From: the human T2T-CHM13v2.0 reference genome, Homo sapiens
Assembly (NCBI RefSeq): GCF_009914755.1
Contig: NC_060928.1
Reading direction: 5' to 3' (one strand)
DNA: 64,000 nt
Shown one piece after another: positions 1-12,009 of the stretch. The position numbers were made by a program, and so were the translations under genes. Position 1 is the first letter of the stretch. Each line of letters opens with the position of its first letter. The notes below the pieces were generated by a model. That model had not been told where the DNA came from and did not search any database. It saw only the letters and a program-made list of their open reading frames with translations.

Positions 1-929
1 TAAAATAAAACAACACATCAACATAGTGCCTTTGATTGAAGATGCTACCCTCCCAGTAGCTAGACAAAACAAAAATGTAAGATAAAGCAGAACAACAAGT
101 GCAAGAGGACAGGCAATCAGACAATGGATAGGGAAGAAGAGCTAGGCGTGGTGGCAGAGGACTCTTTTTGGCATTTAGGTGGACTTTACAATTATTATAA
201 CTCTAGGGTAGTTGGTATTATGACTTGCACTTTATGGATGAAGAATCTAGGACAAAGACAGAATGTAATTGACTTGAGGCAATCTTAACTGCATTATCAC
301 AATGACAGAAAGGTGAGTTGCTATATTCTTTTTTGATTGAAAAGTCTGGATAGAAATGGCATTTCAATCAAGTTTGCAGCAGCCTTTGAACAAAACGTTA
401 AAATTCTGATTTAATTTATGTATCAATATTATAAAGACTAAATATAAAAAAGTAATTTGTAAAGTAACAATCAAGGAAAATTGGACATGCTGAGAGTGGT
501 AAAAATCTACTTTAAGGACTAACTTTTTAATTTCTTTTCACTGGGTTTTAAATTTTTAACCACAATGAAATTAAAATATATTATTTTCTTAATATAACTT
601 TTGAAATCTCACTGTTCTATTGTTTTCTATAGTGTAGTAATTGTCCTCAAGATACCAATGGGACAAAGGGGAAAAAATAAGAGACCTATATGTGCTTCTA
701 TTTAAGAAGCTTTGTAACTTTTGAATAGAGAGAAAAAATAACATATTGTTTATACCAAAACATATTTGAGATTTAAAATAGGCACAAATAATTCTGAAAA
801 AGAATCATCCAAATATTTTAATAGAGCTTAAGTAGGATACTTTCTCTCATCAAACTTTCATTGTAACTTTATTTCTTCTATATCCAGCTACATTAATCTT
901 GATATTTAAAATTATGGTAGAGAAGTTAT

Positions 930-1130
930 GAAATTAGACAACTAGGTACATTTCTTAGGATCACTGCTTCCTTGCTGCACATATTCAAACAAATTACTTT
1001 ACCCTCCTAAGTCTTTCAACAGTAAAATGGCAGCAATAATAATGGCTGCCTCATAGAATTATTATAGGCAAAGCACTTAAAGCAGTGCCTGTACAGAGAA
1101 CAAAAAAATCAATGAAGGTTAGCTACTAAT
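930..1130 (+). mobile_element. MIR SINE fragment (degraded)
   Basis: Core and 3' MIR-like motifs: 'gtaaaatggcagcaataataatggctgcctcatagaattatt...aaagcacttaaagcagtgcctg'. Confidence 0.55.
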
Positions 1131-1369
1131 TTTTATCTACAGTTGTATGTACTCAAAATTATCATATATATTTATCCTTTTCTGCTGCAATAATTCTGAT
1201 GCCATAGTGATCAGATTGACTTAACAATTTTTTCAGAAAAGCTCTTACAGTTCATTTTTGCCAATTAAGTATTTTTTTTCCCTTCATCAGAACACTGCTT
1301 AAAAATCGTGCCAACTGTGGCACCTTCTAATGCTAACCAGGTATATATATCAATATGTCAATGATAACA

Positions 1370-1545
1370 CATTTAAGCAAATGTAGGTAAATTGTATGAC
1401 AGTATCACAGACGATGAAATCAGAGTTTGGGAGCTATAATATGTGGTAGAAATAACCATCTACTCCTCAGGTTAAGTGATTTGTTCCAGGCCACATGACA
1501 TTTTTTGCAGGGCAGGACTAGATCCCATATATTCTGATTTCTAGT
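1370..1545 (-). mobile_element. MIR SINE fragment (degraded)
   Basis: 'cagacgatgaaatcagag...aggttaagtgatttgttccaggccacatgac...gggcaggactagatccca' resembles the antisense MIR core. Confidence 0.5.
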
Positions 1546-1639
1546 GCATGGTTTGTTGTTTCTAGCATGGTAATATAATATATTGTTTAACTAAGACACT
1601 TTTGTGAAAGAAAGAGGGCACTATAAAAAACATATTGGA

Positions 1640-1769
1640 AATATATATAATATATATAATATATTATATATTTATATTATATATATTATTATATATATTA
1701 TATATATTATATATAATATATATATAATATATTATATATAAATATATTATATATACTATATTATATATA
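1640..1769. repeat. (TA)n-rich low-complexity microsatellite
   Basis: About 130 nt made almost entirely of degenerate TA/TAT/ATA units. Confidence 0.9.
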
Positions 1770-2321
1770 GCTAATTTGTTGTCTCAGGCAAACTAGGATT
1801 ATGGCATACCAGCCATGAATTAATAGATAAAATGGAAATTTTGTCAAGTATTTTAATATGGAGAATTTAACATGGGGTATTTTTAAGGTATACAGAAATG
1901 GAAAAGCAATCAGGGAACACTAAGTTAGACAGTAACTGTAAGAATCAACCCTCATTTCTTGGGGTGGGAAAACAAAAATAAAGACACTGATATTTTCAAA
2001 CCTTAGAAGTTCAGAGGAGGGCACCAGAGACCTAGAATTAAACCCCTTTGGGGAATAGGAACCAACTGATCATTGCTGATACCTCAGAAATTGAACAGAG
2101 GACCTCAGGAGAGTTGGGACTCAGACCTTTGGGGAAGGCATGAGGTCCAGGTGAGGATGTTACCTTAGGAGTTTGGAAAAAGGACTTGTGGTTTGGGCCT
2201 TTGAAAATGGTGTTTTTTTTTTTTTTTTCTGGTGTGATGATTAATTTTATGCCTCACTTTGGCTGGGTCATAATGCCCAGATATTCAGTCAAACTTCATT
2301 CTAAACATTCTGGAAGTGTTT

Positions 2322-3015
2322 GTCTATCCAATGCCTGTTCCACCATCATATTTTGAAAACACAGAGTCTGTTTTTACAAGTTTATAGCTGGAGAGGAATT
2401 TTGCCTTAGATAAATCACAGGTTTTGGTTCACTAGGTACATTGTCAAAGAGCGCTGTGACTCATCCTTGTATGATTTAGATGATATTTTTGATAATCTTG
2501 ATAATTTTGATGATTTTTTAAGATGAGACTTGACTTTAAAGTTGATGCTGAATAAGTTAAGACTTTTGGGGCTATTTGGATGAAATGAATGTACTTTGCA
2601 TGAAATAGGGATGTAACATATTTTGGGGGGTGGCAGGTGCAGAATGCTGTGAATTAAATTGTGCCATGCCCTCAAATTCATATGTGGAAGCCTGAACCCC
2701 AAATGTGACACTATCTAGAGATGGGGACTTTAGGAGGTAACAAAGGTTAAATGAGGTCAAAAAAGTGAGGCTCTAATCCCATAAGTTTGCTGGCTTTCTA
2801 AGAAGAAGAAAAGAGAAATCTCTTTGTCTCACTACTTGAGGACACAGCAAGAAGGCTGATACGTGCAAGCAAGGAAGACAACCCTCACCAGAAACTGCAT
2901 TGGATGGAACCTCAATCTTGGACTTCTAGCCTCCAGAACTGTGAGAAAATAAATTTCTGTTGTTTAAGTCACCCTGTCTATGGTATTTTTATTATGGCAG
3001 CCTGAGCTGACTAAG
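2322..3015 (+). mobile_element. MaLR 3' internal fragment (about 2322-2646) plus MLT1A/B-like LTR (about 2647-3015)
   Basis: Internal 3' end 'gagttaagacttttggggctatttggatgaaatgaatgtactttgcatg...ttttgggggg' is followed by LTR 'tgtgaattaaattgtg..caaattcatatgtggaag..cctccagaactgtgagaaaataaatttctg..gactaag'. Confidence 0.75.
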
Positions 3016-3047
3016 TGTTTTTTGGGTAATATTAACATTTAAATTGG

Positions 3048-3403
3048 TGCTGTAATTGAATGCATGTATCTCCCCAAAATTCAAATGTTCAAAGTGTTAA
3101 CCCCCAAAGTGATGACATTAGTATGTGGGGCTTTTTGGAAGGTATTTAGATCATGAGGGTAGAGCCCTGATGAATGGGATTAGTGCCTTCATAAAGGAGG
3201 CCTCAGGAGGCGTGTTTGCCCCTTCCACCACGAGAAGTTACACTGAGAATATGGTTGTCTTTGAGAAAATGGGGCCTCATCAAACACTGAATATACTAGT
3301 CCCTAAATCTTGGACTTCTCAGCTTCCAGAAAGAAATACATTTCCGTTGTTTATAAGCTACCAGGCTATGGTATTTGTTAGAGCAACCCAAAAGACTAAA
3401 ACA
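3048..3403 (+). mobile_element. MaLR solo LTR (MLT1A/MST group)
   Basis: 'tgctgtaattgaatgcatgtatctccccaaaattc...ccctgatgaatgggattagtgcc...gactaaaaca', with TG...CA ends. Confidence 0.75.
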
Positions 3404-4243
3404 ATGGTGAATATAACAGATTGCTTTCCTAATGTGGGGGTGGGGTTTATCCAATCAGTTGAAGGCTTAAATACACCAATGACAGATGTTTCCTGAAAAA
3501 GAATTCTTCCAAGAAGACACACTTGCAAACTGAACTAAAACCTCTCCCTCAGTCTACAGCACACTGGCCTACCTCATCAATTTTGGATTTACCAAATCTC
3601 CATAATGGTATCAGCGAATTCCTTGAAATAAATCTTTCTGTATATAAAGGCACAGCATGGAGATATTTTGAGTTCAGTTCCAGGCCATAACAATAAAGCT
3701 AATATTGCAATAAAGTGAGTCACATTTTGTTTTGTTTCCCAATGCATATAAAAGTTATGTTTATACTATCTTGTAGTCTATTAAGTGCAATAGGCATTAT
3801 ATCAACAAAACAATGTACGTAATTTAATTAAAAAAAACCTTATTGCTAAAAAGAAAAAAAAAAGCTAATGATTGCCTTATCTTTCAATGAGTCATGATCT
3901 TTTTGCTGGTAAGGGCTCTTGCCTTGATTTTGATGGCTGTTGACTGACCATGATGGTGTTTGCCAAAGATTGGGTGTATGTGCCAATTACTTGAAATAAG
4001 ACAATGAGATTTGCCACATTGACTGACTCTTTCTTTCACAAAATATTTCACTATAGCATGCTAAACTATTTGATAGCATTTTACCCACAGTAGAATGTTT
4101 TTCAAAACTGGAGTAAATCCTTTCAAACCCTGCTGCTGCTTTATCAACTAAGTTTATGTAATATTCTAAATCCTTTGTTGTCATTTCAACAATGCTCACA
4201 GCATGTTCACCAGGAGCAAATTCCATCTCAACAAACTACTTTC

Positions 4244-6014
4244 ACCCTGACTCCTGCCATAGAGAAAATGGAGCTGATCCAGAAGGCTAAGCTAGCTGAG
4301 TGCTATGATGACATGGGTACCTGCATGAAGGCCATGACCAAGCAGGGCACCGAGCTGTCCTATGAGGAGTGCAACCTGCTTTCCGTGGCCTACATGAGTG
4401 CGGTTGGGGGCTGCAGGTCCACCTGCAGGGTCATCTTAAACATCGAGCAGAAGACAGACACCTCCGACAAGAAGTTGCAGCTGATTAAGGACTACCAGGA
4501 GAAAGTGGAGTCTGAGCTGAGATCGATCGGCACCACGGTCCTGGAATTGTTGGATAAATATTTAACAGCCAATGCAACTAATCCAGAGAGTGGGGTCTTC
4601 TATCTGAAAATGAAGGGTGATTACTTCCAGTACTTTGCTGAAGCTGCATGTGGTAATGATCAAAAACAAATGATAGATAATTCCCAAGGAGCTTACCAAA
4701 AGGCATTTGATATAAGCAAGAAAGAGATACAATCCACACATCCAATCTGCCTGGGGCTTGCGGTTAACTTTTCTGTATTTTACTATGAGATTCTTAATAA
4801 CCCAGAGCTTGCCTGCACGCTGGCTAAAACGGCTTTTGATGAGGCCATTGCAGAACTTGATACACTGAATGAAGATTCATCCAAAAGACAGCACCCTCAT
4901 TATGGAGTTTCTTAGAGACAACCTAACACTATGGACCTCAGACAGTGCAGGAGAAGAATGTGATGCAGCAGAAGGGGCTGAAACTAAATCCAGACAGGGT
5001 GTCATCCTTCTTCCCTTCAAGAAACCTTTTTACATATCTCCATTCCTTATTCCACTTGGATTTCCTATAGCAAAGAAACCCATTTATGTATACGGAATCA
5101 TCTGTTTACAGTCTTTTCACACTGCAGCATTGGGAAAACTTCATTCCTTGATTTGTCTTGGCCTTCCTAGTGTGTAGTTACTGCTGTAGAAAAGTATTAA
5201 TACCTTCATTTCATATAAACATAAGCAACTTCCAAACACTTAGGTAGAGGACTAAAAATGTATCTGGTATTTAAGTAATCTGAACCAGTTCTGCAAGTGA
5301 CTGTGTTTTGTATTACTGTGAAGATATGAAAATGTAGTTAATTACAATTTAAAGAGTGTTCCACACAACTTCTCCATTTCTACATTCCCTCCCATACTCG
5401 TCAGGGTTTCCTTTCAATAAGCAACTTTTCCATGCTCCTAATGTATTCCTTTTTAGTAGGAATCCAGAAGTATTAAATTGAATGGAAAAGCCCTTGCCAT
5501 TTCTGGCTGGAGGTCACAAATTGAAATGCCTCCTGTATCACATATTATGGAGGTCATATATATCTGTGGCAACAGGGACTTTCCTTATTCACTCTTTATT
5601 TGCTGCTGTTTAAGTTGACAACCTCCCTTCCCAATAAAAATTCACTTACACCTCCTGCCTTTGTAGTTCTGGTATTCACTTTACTGTGTAATGCAAGTAG
5701 CATGTTGCTGCCAGAATACAAGCATTGCTTTTGGGAAATTAAAGTATATGTCATTTCTTAATACACTGCAAAGGGGAAATAAATAAAAGTACACAAGTCC
5801 AAGTCTAAAGCTTTAGTACTTTTCCATGCAGATATGTGCACATGTGTGGGGTGTACAGCTTGTCTAGTATTGTTATTTAGAGATTTGGACCACTACCGTG
5901 CACTGCTAATCATTGACTATAGTCCCAAAAAAGCCTTGTGAAAATGATATGCCCTATGTAACAGCAGAGCAACATAAAATACAATTATATTTTATAAACA
6001 ACAACAACAAAAAA
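4244..6014 (+). pseudogene. YWHAQ: Processed pseudogene of 14-3-3 theta (YWHAQ); former CDS about 4259-4987, plus about 1 kb of 3'UTR and an A-rich tail
   Basis: Intronless. Translation '[18 protein letters not shown]...[16 protein letters not shown]...[17 protein letters not shown]' continues in another frame as '[31 protein letters not shown]', the theta-specific C-terminus. Lesions: start ATG changed to ATA, 9-bp deletion, +1 frameshift near 4883, -1 near 4981. Tail 'aaacaacaacaacaaaaaa'. The numbered YWHAQP locus cannot be determined here. Confidence 0.95.
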
Positions 6015-6052
6015 CCACTACATTATTTGCTTATCCATAAGAAAGCAACTCC

Positions 6053-6335
<283 letters not shown>

Positions 6336-7435
6336 GAAGCAACTCCACATCTGTTCAAGTGTGATCATGAAATTGTAACAATTCAGTCATATCTTCAGGC
6401 TGTACTTCTACTTCTAGTTCTCTTGCCAATTCCACCACATGTGTAGTTACTTCCTCTCCTGAAGTCTTGAACCATGCAAAGTCATCTATTAGGACTGAAG
6501 TTGACTAACTTCAGTCAAGTTAGTCAACTGAACTTGACCGAACTGAAGTTGACTAACTGAAGTTAACTAAATTCCTGTTAATGTTGATATGTTGATCTCC
6601 TCCCCTGAATCACAAATATTCTTAATGACATCTGCAATGATGAATCCTTTCCAGAGGTTTTCAATTTATTTTGCCCAGATTCAATCAAAGGAATCACTAT
6701 CTATGGCAGCTACAGTACAGCCTTAAAAACTATGTTTCTTAAATAATACCTGAAAGTTGAAATTACCTCAACACAACAGAATCGGTGTTGTGTTAACAGA
6801 CATACAAACAACATTCATCTCCTTGTATATCTCCATCAGAGCTCCAGAGTCATCTAGGATTTGTTGCTTAATATAAAGTGTACAAGCAGAGTAGATTTAA
6901 CATAATTCTTAAGGGTCATACAATTTTCTAAATGGTAAATGAGCATTGGCTTCAATTTAAAGTTACCAGCTGCATTATCCTCTAACAGAAGAGTCAGCCT
7001 GTCTTTTGAAGCTTTGAAGTCGGGCATTGACTTATCTTCCCTAGCTATGAAAGACCTAGGTGGTAACATCTTCCAATAAAAGGATGTTTTCACCTACATT
7101 GAAAATCTGTTTTTAAAGGTAGACACCTTAATTAATTATCTTAGCTAGATTTTCTGGATAACTTGCTGAAGCTTCTCCATTAGCATTTGCTGCCTCACCT
7201 TGCTCTTTATGTTATGGAAATGGCTTCTTTCCTTAAACCGCATAAACCAGCCTCTGATAGATTCTATCCTTTCTTCTGCAGCTTCCTCAGTCTCTCAGCC
7301 TTCACAGAATTGAAGAGAATTGGGACCTTGCTCTGATTAGTCTTTGACTTAAGAGAATGTTGTAGATAATTGATCTTCTAACCAGACCACTAAAACTTTC
7401 TCCATATCAACAACAAGGCTGTTTTGCTTGCTTTC

Positions 7436-7531
7436 TTTTTTTTTTTTTTTTTTTTATTATACTTTAAGTTTTAGGGTACATGTGCACATTGTGCAGGTTA
7501 GTTACATATGTATACATGTGCCATGCTGGTG
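7436..7531 (-). mobile_element. Very short young L1 3' tip (L1PA2/L1HS-type) inserted in Tigger1
   Basis: Poly-T then 'attatactttaagttttagggtacatgtgcacattgtgcaggttagttacatatgtatacatgtgccatgctggtg'. Flanked by tgttttgctt(gctt)tc and tgttttgctttc. Confidence 0.9.
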
Positions 7532-9207
7532 TTTTGCTTTCTTATCATTCATGGATTCACTGGAGTAGAACTTTAATTTCCTTTAAGAACTTTACATTTG
7601 CATTCACAACTTGGCTAACTGGTACAAGAGGCTTAGCTTTCAGCCTATGTCAACTTGCAACATGCCTTCCTCACTAAGCTTAATTATTTCTAGTCTTTGA
7701 TTTAAATTGAGAAATGTGTGACTTTTTCTTTCACTTGAACACTTAGTGGCTATCGTATGGTAATTAGTTGGCCTAATTTTAGTTTTGTGGTGTATCAGAG
7801 AATAGGAAGGTCCGAGGACAGGGAGAGAGACAGGGGAAGGGCCTGACGATGGAGCAGTCAGAACGCACACAACAGTCTTATGTAGGCATGATTCCGGGTG
7901 TCCCAAAACAACTCCAACAGTAACATCAAAGATCACTGATCACAGATCACCATACCAAATATAATAATGATGAAAAAGTTTGAAATATTGTGAGGATTAC
8001 CAAAATGTAACAGAGACTTGAAGTGAGCACATGCTATTGAAAAAACAGTGCAGATAGACTTGCTCAACACAGGGTTGTTGCCACAAACCTTCAGTGTGTA
8101 AAAACAACAAAATTGCATTGTGAAACACAATAAAAGTGAACCTCAACAAAATGAGGTGTGCCTGTATATATACTGTTGCTTCTATTTCTCTTGAGAACCC
8201 AAATATATTTGACTAATTCTTGTACCTGAGAAATTCAGAGAGGAGCACACTAGGAGCTGAGGCTCAGATCTCTGAGGATGGTGTGATGCTTGGCTAATGA
8301 TGGTACTTCAAGCTTGTGGAGATTAGACATTGTGACCTGGGACTGAGGCCTCTGGGAGCAGGCACTACCCATCTGCTTTTGGTATCTCTGTGTGTGCACA
8401 TCAAGGCTGGTTCTGGAAATGACTATACCAGCTTGAGATGTAAACCAACTGCAGTTTGATTGTGTGAAACACCATCTGCTAGAATGATGTTGATATAAAC
8501 AAAATTTTTCTCCCTGCCTTTTCATTTTCCTCAGTGTCCCCAATTAGGTAAAACTAACAGCTGAAAAGAGAAGGTAGTTCTCAGATCCTCAGGCTCAGCC
8601 TCTCCAAGAAGAGTATATAAGAGTGGCTTTGGGACACAGTTCATCCTTGGTGGTCATGTATACGTACTTGAACTTCCATTCAAAACAATACCAGTTTTAT
8701 GCTGCCATATAACAAGTTAAATGTATAGCTGTATAAATGAAATCACTCTCACCTTCTCCCTAACAAGGGTGGTATAAAAGCTAAACTCTCACGTATTCAT
8801 CTCTAATTGACCATAATTTATACTTGTCTAGTGATGTTCAGTAGTCCTCTATTTCAGTTACAGTCCCACTGGAATACTCTGCAACCTCAAGACTAAATCC
8901 TAATGTAAGCCACCACCACCAAGCCTTACATAAAATAATAAATGAAATGAGGGAAGAGAAAAAGAAATTAGTCAATACATACATATACATACAAACATAT
9001 ACATACACATATATACTCACATACCCAAATATATGATAAAAATATGCAGAGTAGAGTTTTTATTTTATAGTTAATAACAAAAGCTACAGTAGAATTTTTC
9101 ACTTCTTTATTTTATTATCAATGTCATATGTCTTTTGTCCTTGGAAAAAAGGAATGAACTCAAATCTTTACTCCTAGGATATCTGAATCCTCAAATCCTC
9201 AGTGGTT

Positions 9208-9302
9208 TTACATATATAAATGTATAACATATATAAATATAAATATATACATATATATAACACATGCATGCATGCACACATACACACACGCACACACATA
9301 TA
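9208..9302. repeat. (TA)n/(CA)n compound microsatellite
   Basis: Directly visible; a similar degenerate tract lies at 8975-9030. Confidence 0.8.
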
Positions 9303-10356
9303 ATTTTCCATTAATCTTTGCAGTTGGACTTGGAGGCATCCTAGGTAATCTTTTTGGTTTGCTGACATATTTGGAGTAGTGACCTAATTTTTCCTTGTAA
9401 TCAGGATCAATCAAGCCAACCAGTGCAATAACTTGCCCGTTGGTTCAATGGCAAGAGAAGCACAAATTGGCCAAGTGGCTGTTTCAACTTATAATTCACT
9501 AAAAGCATTATTGTGTCTTCTGCTGAAAGCACTTTTTCCTTAGGAGGTAAAAAATTGAAACTAGCAGAGTTTAAATTATAGGAAATAAAGCAAAAAATTT
9601 TTCAATGGATTATTAAGAAAAATAGTGAAAGATGTGACTCCATCCTCCACCCCTTGATTCCCAGACCTATATATCTTGGCTCTAGGGCACATAACAGAAC
9701 ATATTGGTCAATGGCTCAAAACATATTTTCCATTATATAAGATAAAATCTTTTTTAAAAACAGGAGATGATCTCTAAATTGCACTGGAATTAAGTTTTCA
9801 ACAGACCATTCCACCATCCTCTCAGGCCACCTGCTTTACAGTGATAAAGTGCATGAATAAAGCCAGATAATTCTCTGAGTATGAACCCATTTGGCACACT
9901 TCTTTTAGTGTGACATAAGGATCTTGGTCTTAGGAAATGTTATGTGAAATAAAATGAAGGTAAATAAGGCCACAGATATTTGTGCTAATACAAAGCTTTG
10001 GGGCACAAAAAGCAAATGTATATCCACAATACAATCTCGATCCAATGATGGCAAATTACTATCTCCTCCCTGATGTAAGGCATTCAATCACTCAGCAATG
10101 AGGTGACTGGCTGGCCCCCATTAGGAAGGTGCCATTTGAGGGTTTTGTACTGATCTCTGCTCTTAAAAGAGTTAGGCATTCAGTAGTGGTGGCAGCCAGA
10201 TATTCATTGGTAAGGAAAAGTGCACACTGTGGAGCTAATTACGTAGCCTCTAGCTCTGCCACAATGGCCACATTGTACCCTGGCACACTGAACAACTATC
10301 TGGGTTGCTGGGTGAAAAGAAAGATCCACTTATTCCTTTAACCTGAAGGATGCACC

Positions 10357-10731
10357 TGTACTAGTCGGGTTTCATGCTGTTATGAAGAAATACCCCAGGC
10401 TGTGTAATTATAAAGGAAGGAGATTTAATTAAATCACAGTTTCACAGAGCTGGGGAGGCCTCAGGAAACTTACAATCATGGTGGAATGGGAAGCAAAAAC
10501 ATCCTTCTTTATATTGTGGCAGCAAGGAGAAGCGCAGAGTGAAGCAGGAAGCAGGGAACTCCTTATAAATAAAACCATCAGATCTGGTGAGAACTCACTC
10601 AGTATCATGAGAACAGAATAGGGGAAACCTACACCATGATTCAATTATCTCCACCTGGTCCTGCCTTTGACATGTGGGGATTATTACAATTCAAGATGAG
10701 ATTTTGGGTGGGACACAGCCAAACCACATCA
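10357..10731 (-). mobile_element. THE1-family MaLR solo LTR
   Basis: 'tgtactagtc..ggggaggcctcaggaaacttacaatcatgg..acaattcaagatgagattttgggtgggacacagccaaaccacatca'. 375 bp, TSD gcacc/gcact. Confidence 0.9.
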
Positions 10732-11632
10732 GCACTTAAGGTAAGAAAAAAATGCAGATGACCTGGTGCAATCTCCTTTGTTACTAACCCTCTGGTAAAT
10801 TACACTGATCATATTTGCTAGTAGGTAGAGACTTTATATTTGAAATGCCCTGAGCAGTATATTTCTGGCTAAAGATGACTTACAATAAATAGAACTCTCA
10901 GTCTTTGAGGCACAGCTCCAGGCACGGTTGGGAAACTCTCTGGGATATAAAACAGAGGTGTTTTGTAATTTAAACGTGCTCACTATGTGAGCTGATCCCA
11001 CAACCTCATGTAGAGACCTCATCTGTTATTCTTCAGCCTTTTGACTTCCTGTATCCTTGATAATTATTTAATAAAGCTTGATACTGGATAAGATCTCTGA
11101 TGCAGATGACTTATTTGATAATCCAATTGTGCATGTTAGCTCGCTAGGGAAATGTCTGACTGGTATCCACAGAACGTATTTTCTTGTTATCTTGTTATTC
11201 AAAGTGTCCTCTGTAGTGGGTGGTCTGTGATAATCACTCTTCACACTCTATGCTCATTTTGAGAGGCTCATCCACATAGCTCTCCATTGCTCCTTGCCAT
11301 CAGTTTACCAACTCTGATATTTTTCTACATATCTGACCATCAAACCAAATGTTAGCAACTAATGACAAATATGTTTATCTCTTTATTTTTGGGTGTATCT
11401 TAAGTCAGACAAAATGCCAACAATATCTACTATTCCAAGTTCTGCCCAATTGAAAGATGGCCTTTTGACACTGCTTTTCAGGGACATTTGTGGTTGGGGT
11501 TTTAATTACACAGCATTTTTCAGCTGATGTCAGCATAACATGCCGAACTATTAATCCTAAGGAACTGCTTATGATACCACATGTTTGAACTGACTAGAGA
11601 ATTCAATGCAGAATAGAAAGGTGTTATAGGAC

Positions 11633-12009
11633 TGTTATGGACTGAATGTTTGTTTCTCTCCAGAATTGATATGTTGAAATCCTAAATCCTCTAAATGTGA
11701 TGGTATTAGGAGGTGGGACTTTTGGAGATAATAAGGTCACAAGGGTGACACCCTCATGAATGGAGTTAGTGCCCTTCTAAGAAGAAACAGGAAATAATTT
11801 TCTTCCTCTCTCCACTCTCCACCATGTGATGATACAATGATAAGATGGTCATCTGCAAATGAGGAAGAGTGCCCTTACTAGACACCAAATCAACTAGTGT
11901 CTTGATTTGAAATTTCCAGACCAAAAAACAAAGAAATAAATTTCTGTTGTTTAGCCACTAACTTTATGATGTTCTATTATATAATGGCAGTTTGCAAATG
12001 ACTAAGAAA
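11633..12009 (+). mobile_element. MaLR solo LTR (MLT1A/MST group)
   Basis: 'tgttatggactgaatgtttg..atatgttgaaatcc..ccctcatgaatggagttagtgccc..aataaatttctgttgttt..gactaagaaa'. TSD aggac/aggag. Confidence 0.8.

Noticed and set aside
4175-4915. 246-aa ORF as a functional Tigger1-14-3-3 fusion gene
   Set aside because: It starts at TTG in antisense Tigger1 sequence. The 14-3-3 part is intronless and frameshifted, with pocket residues mutated, so it is called a pseudogene.
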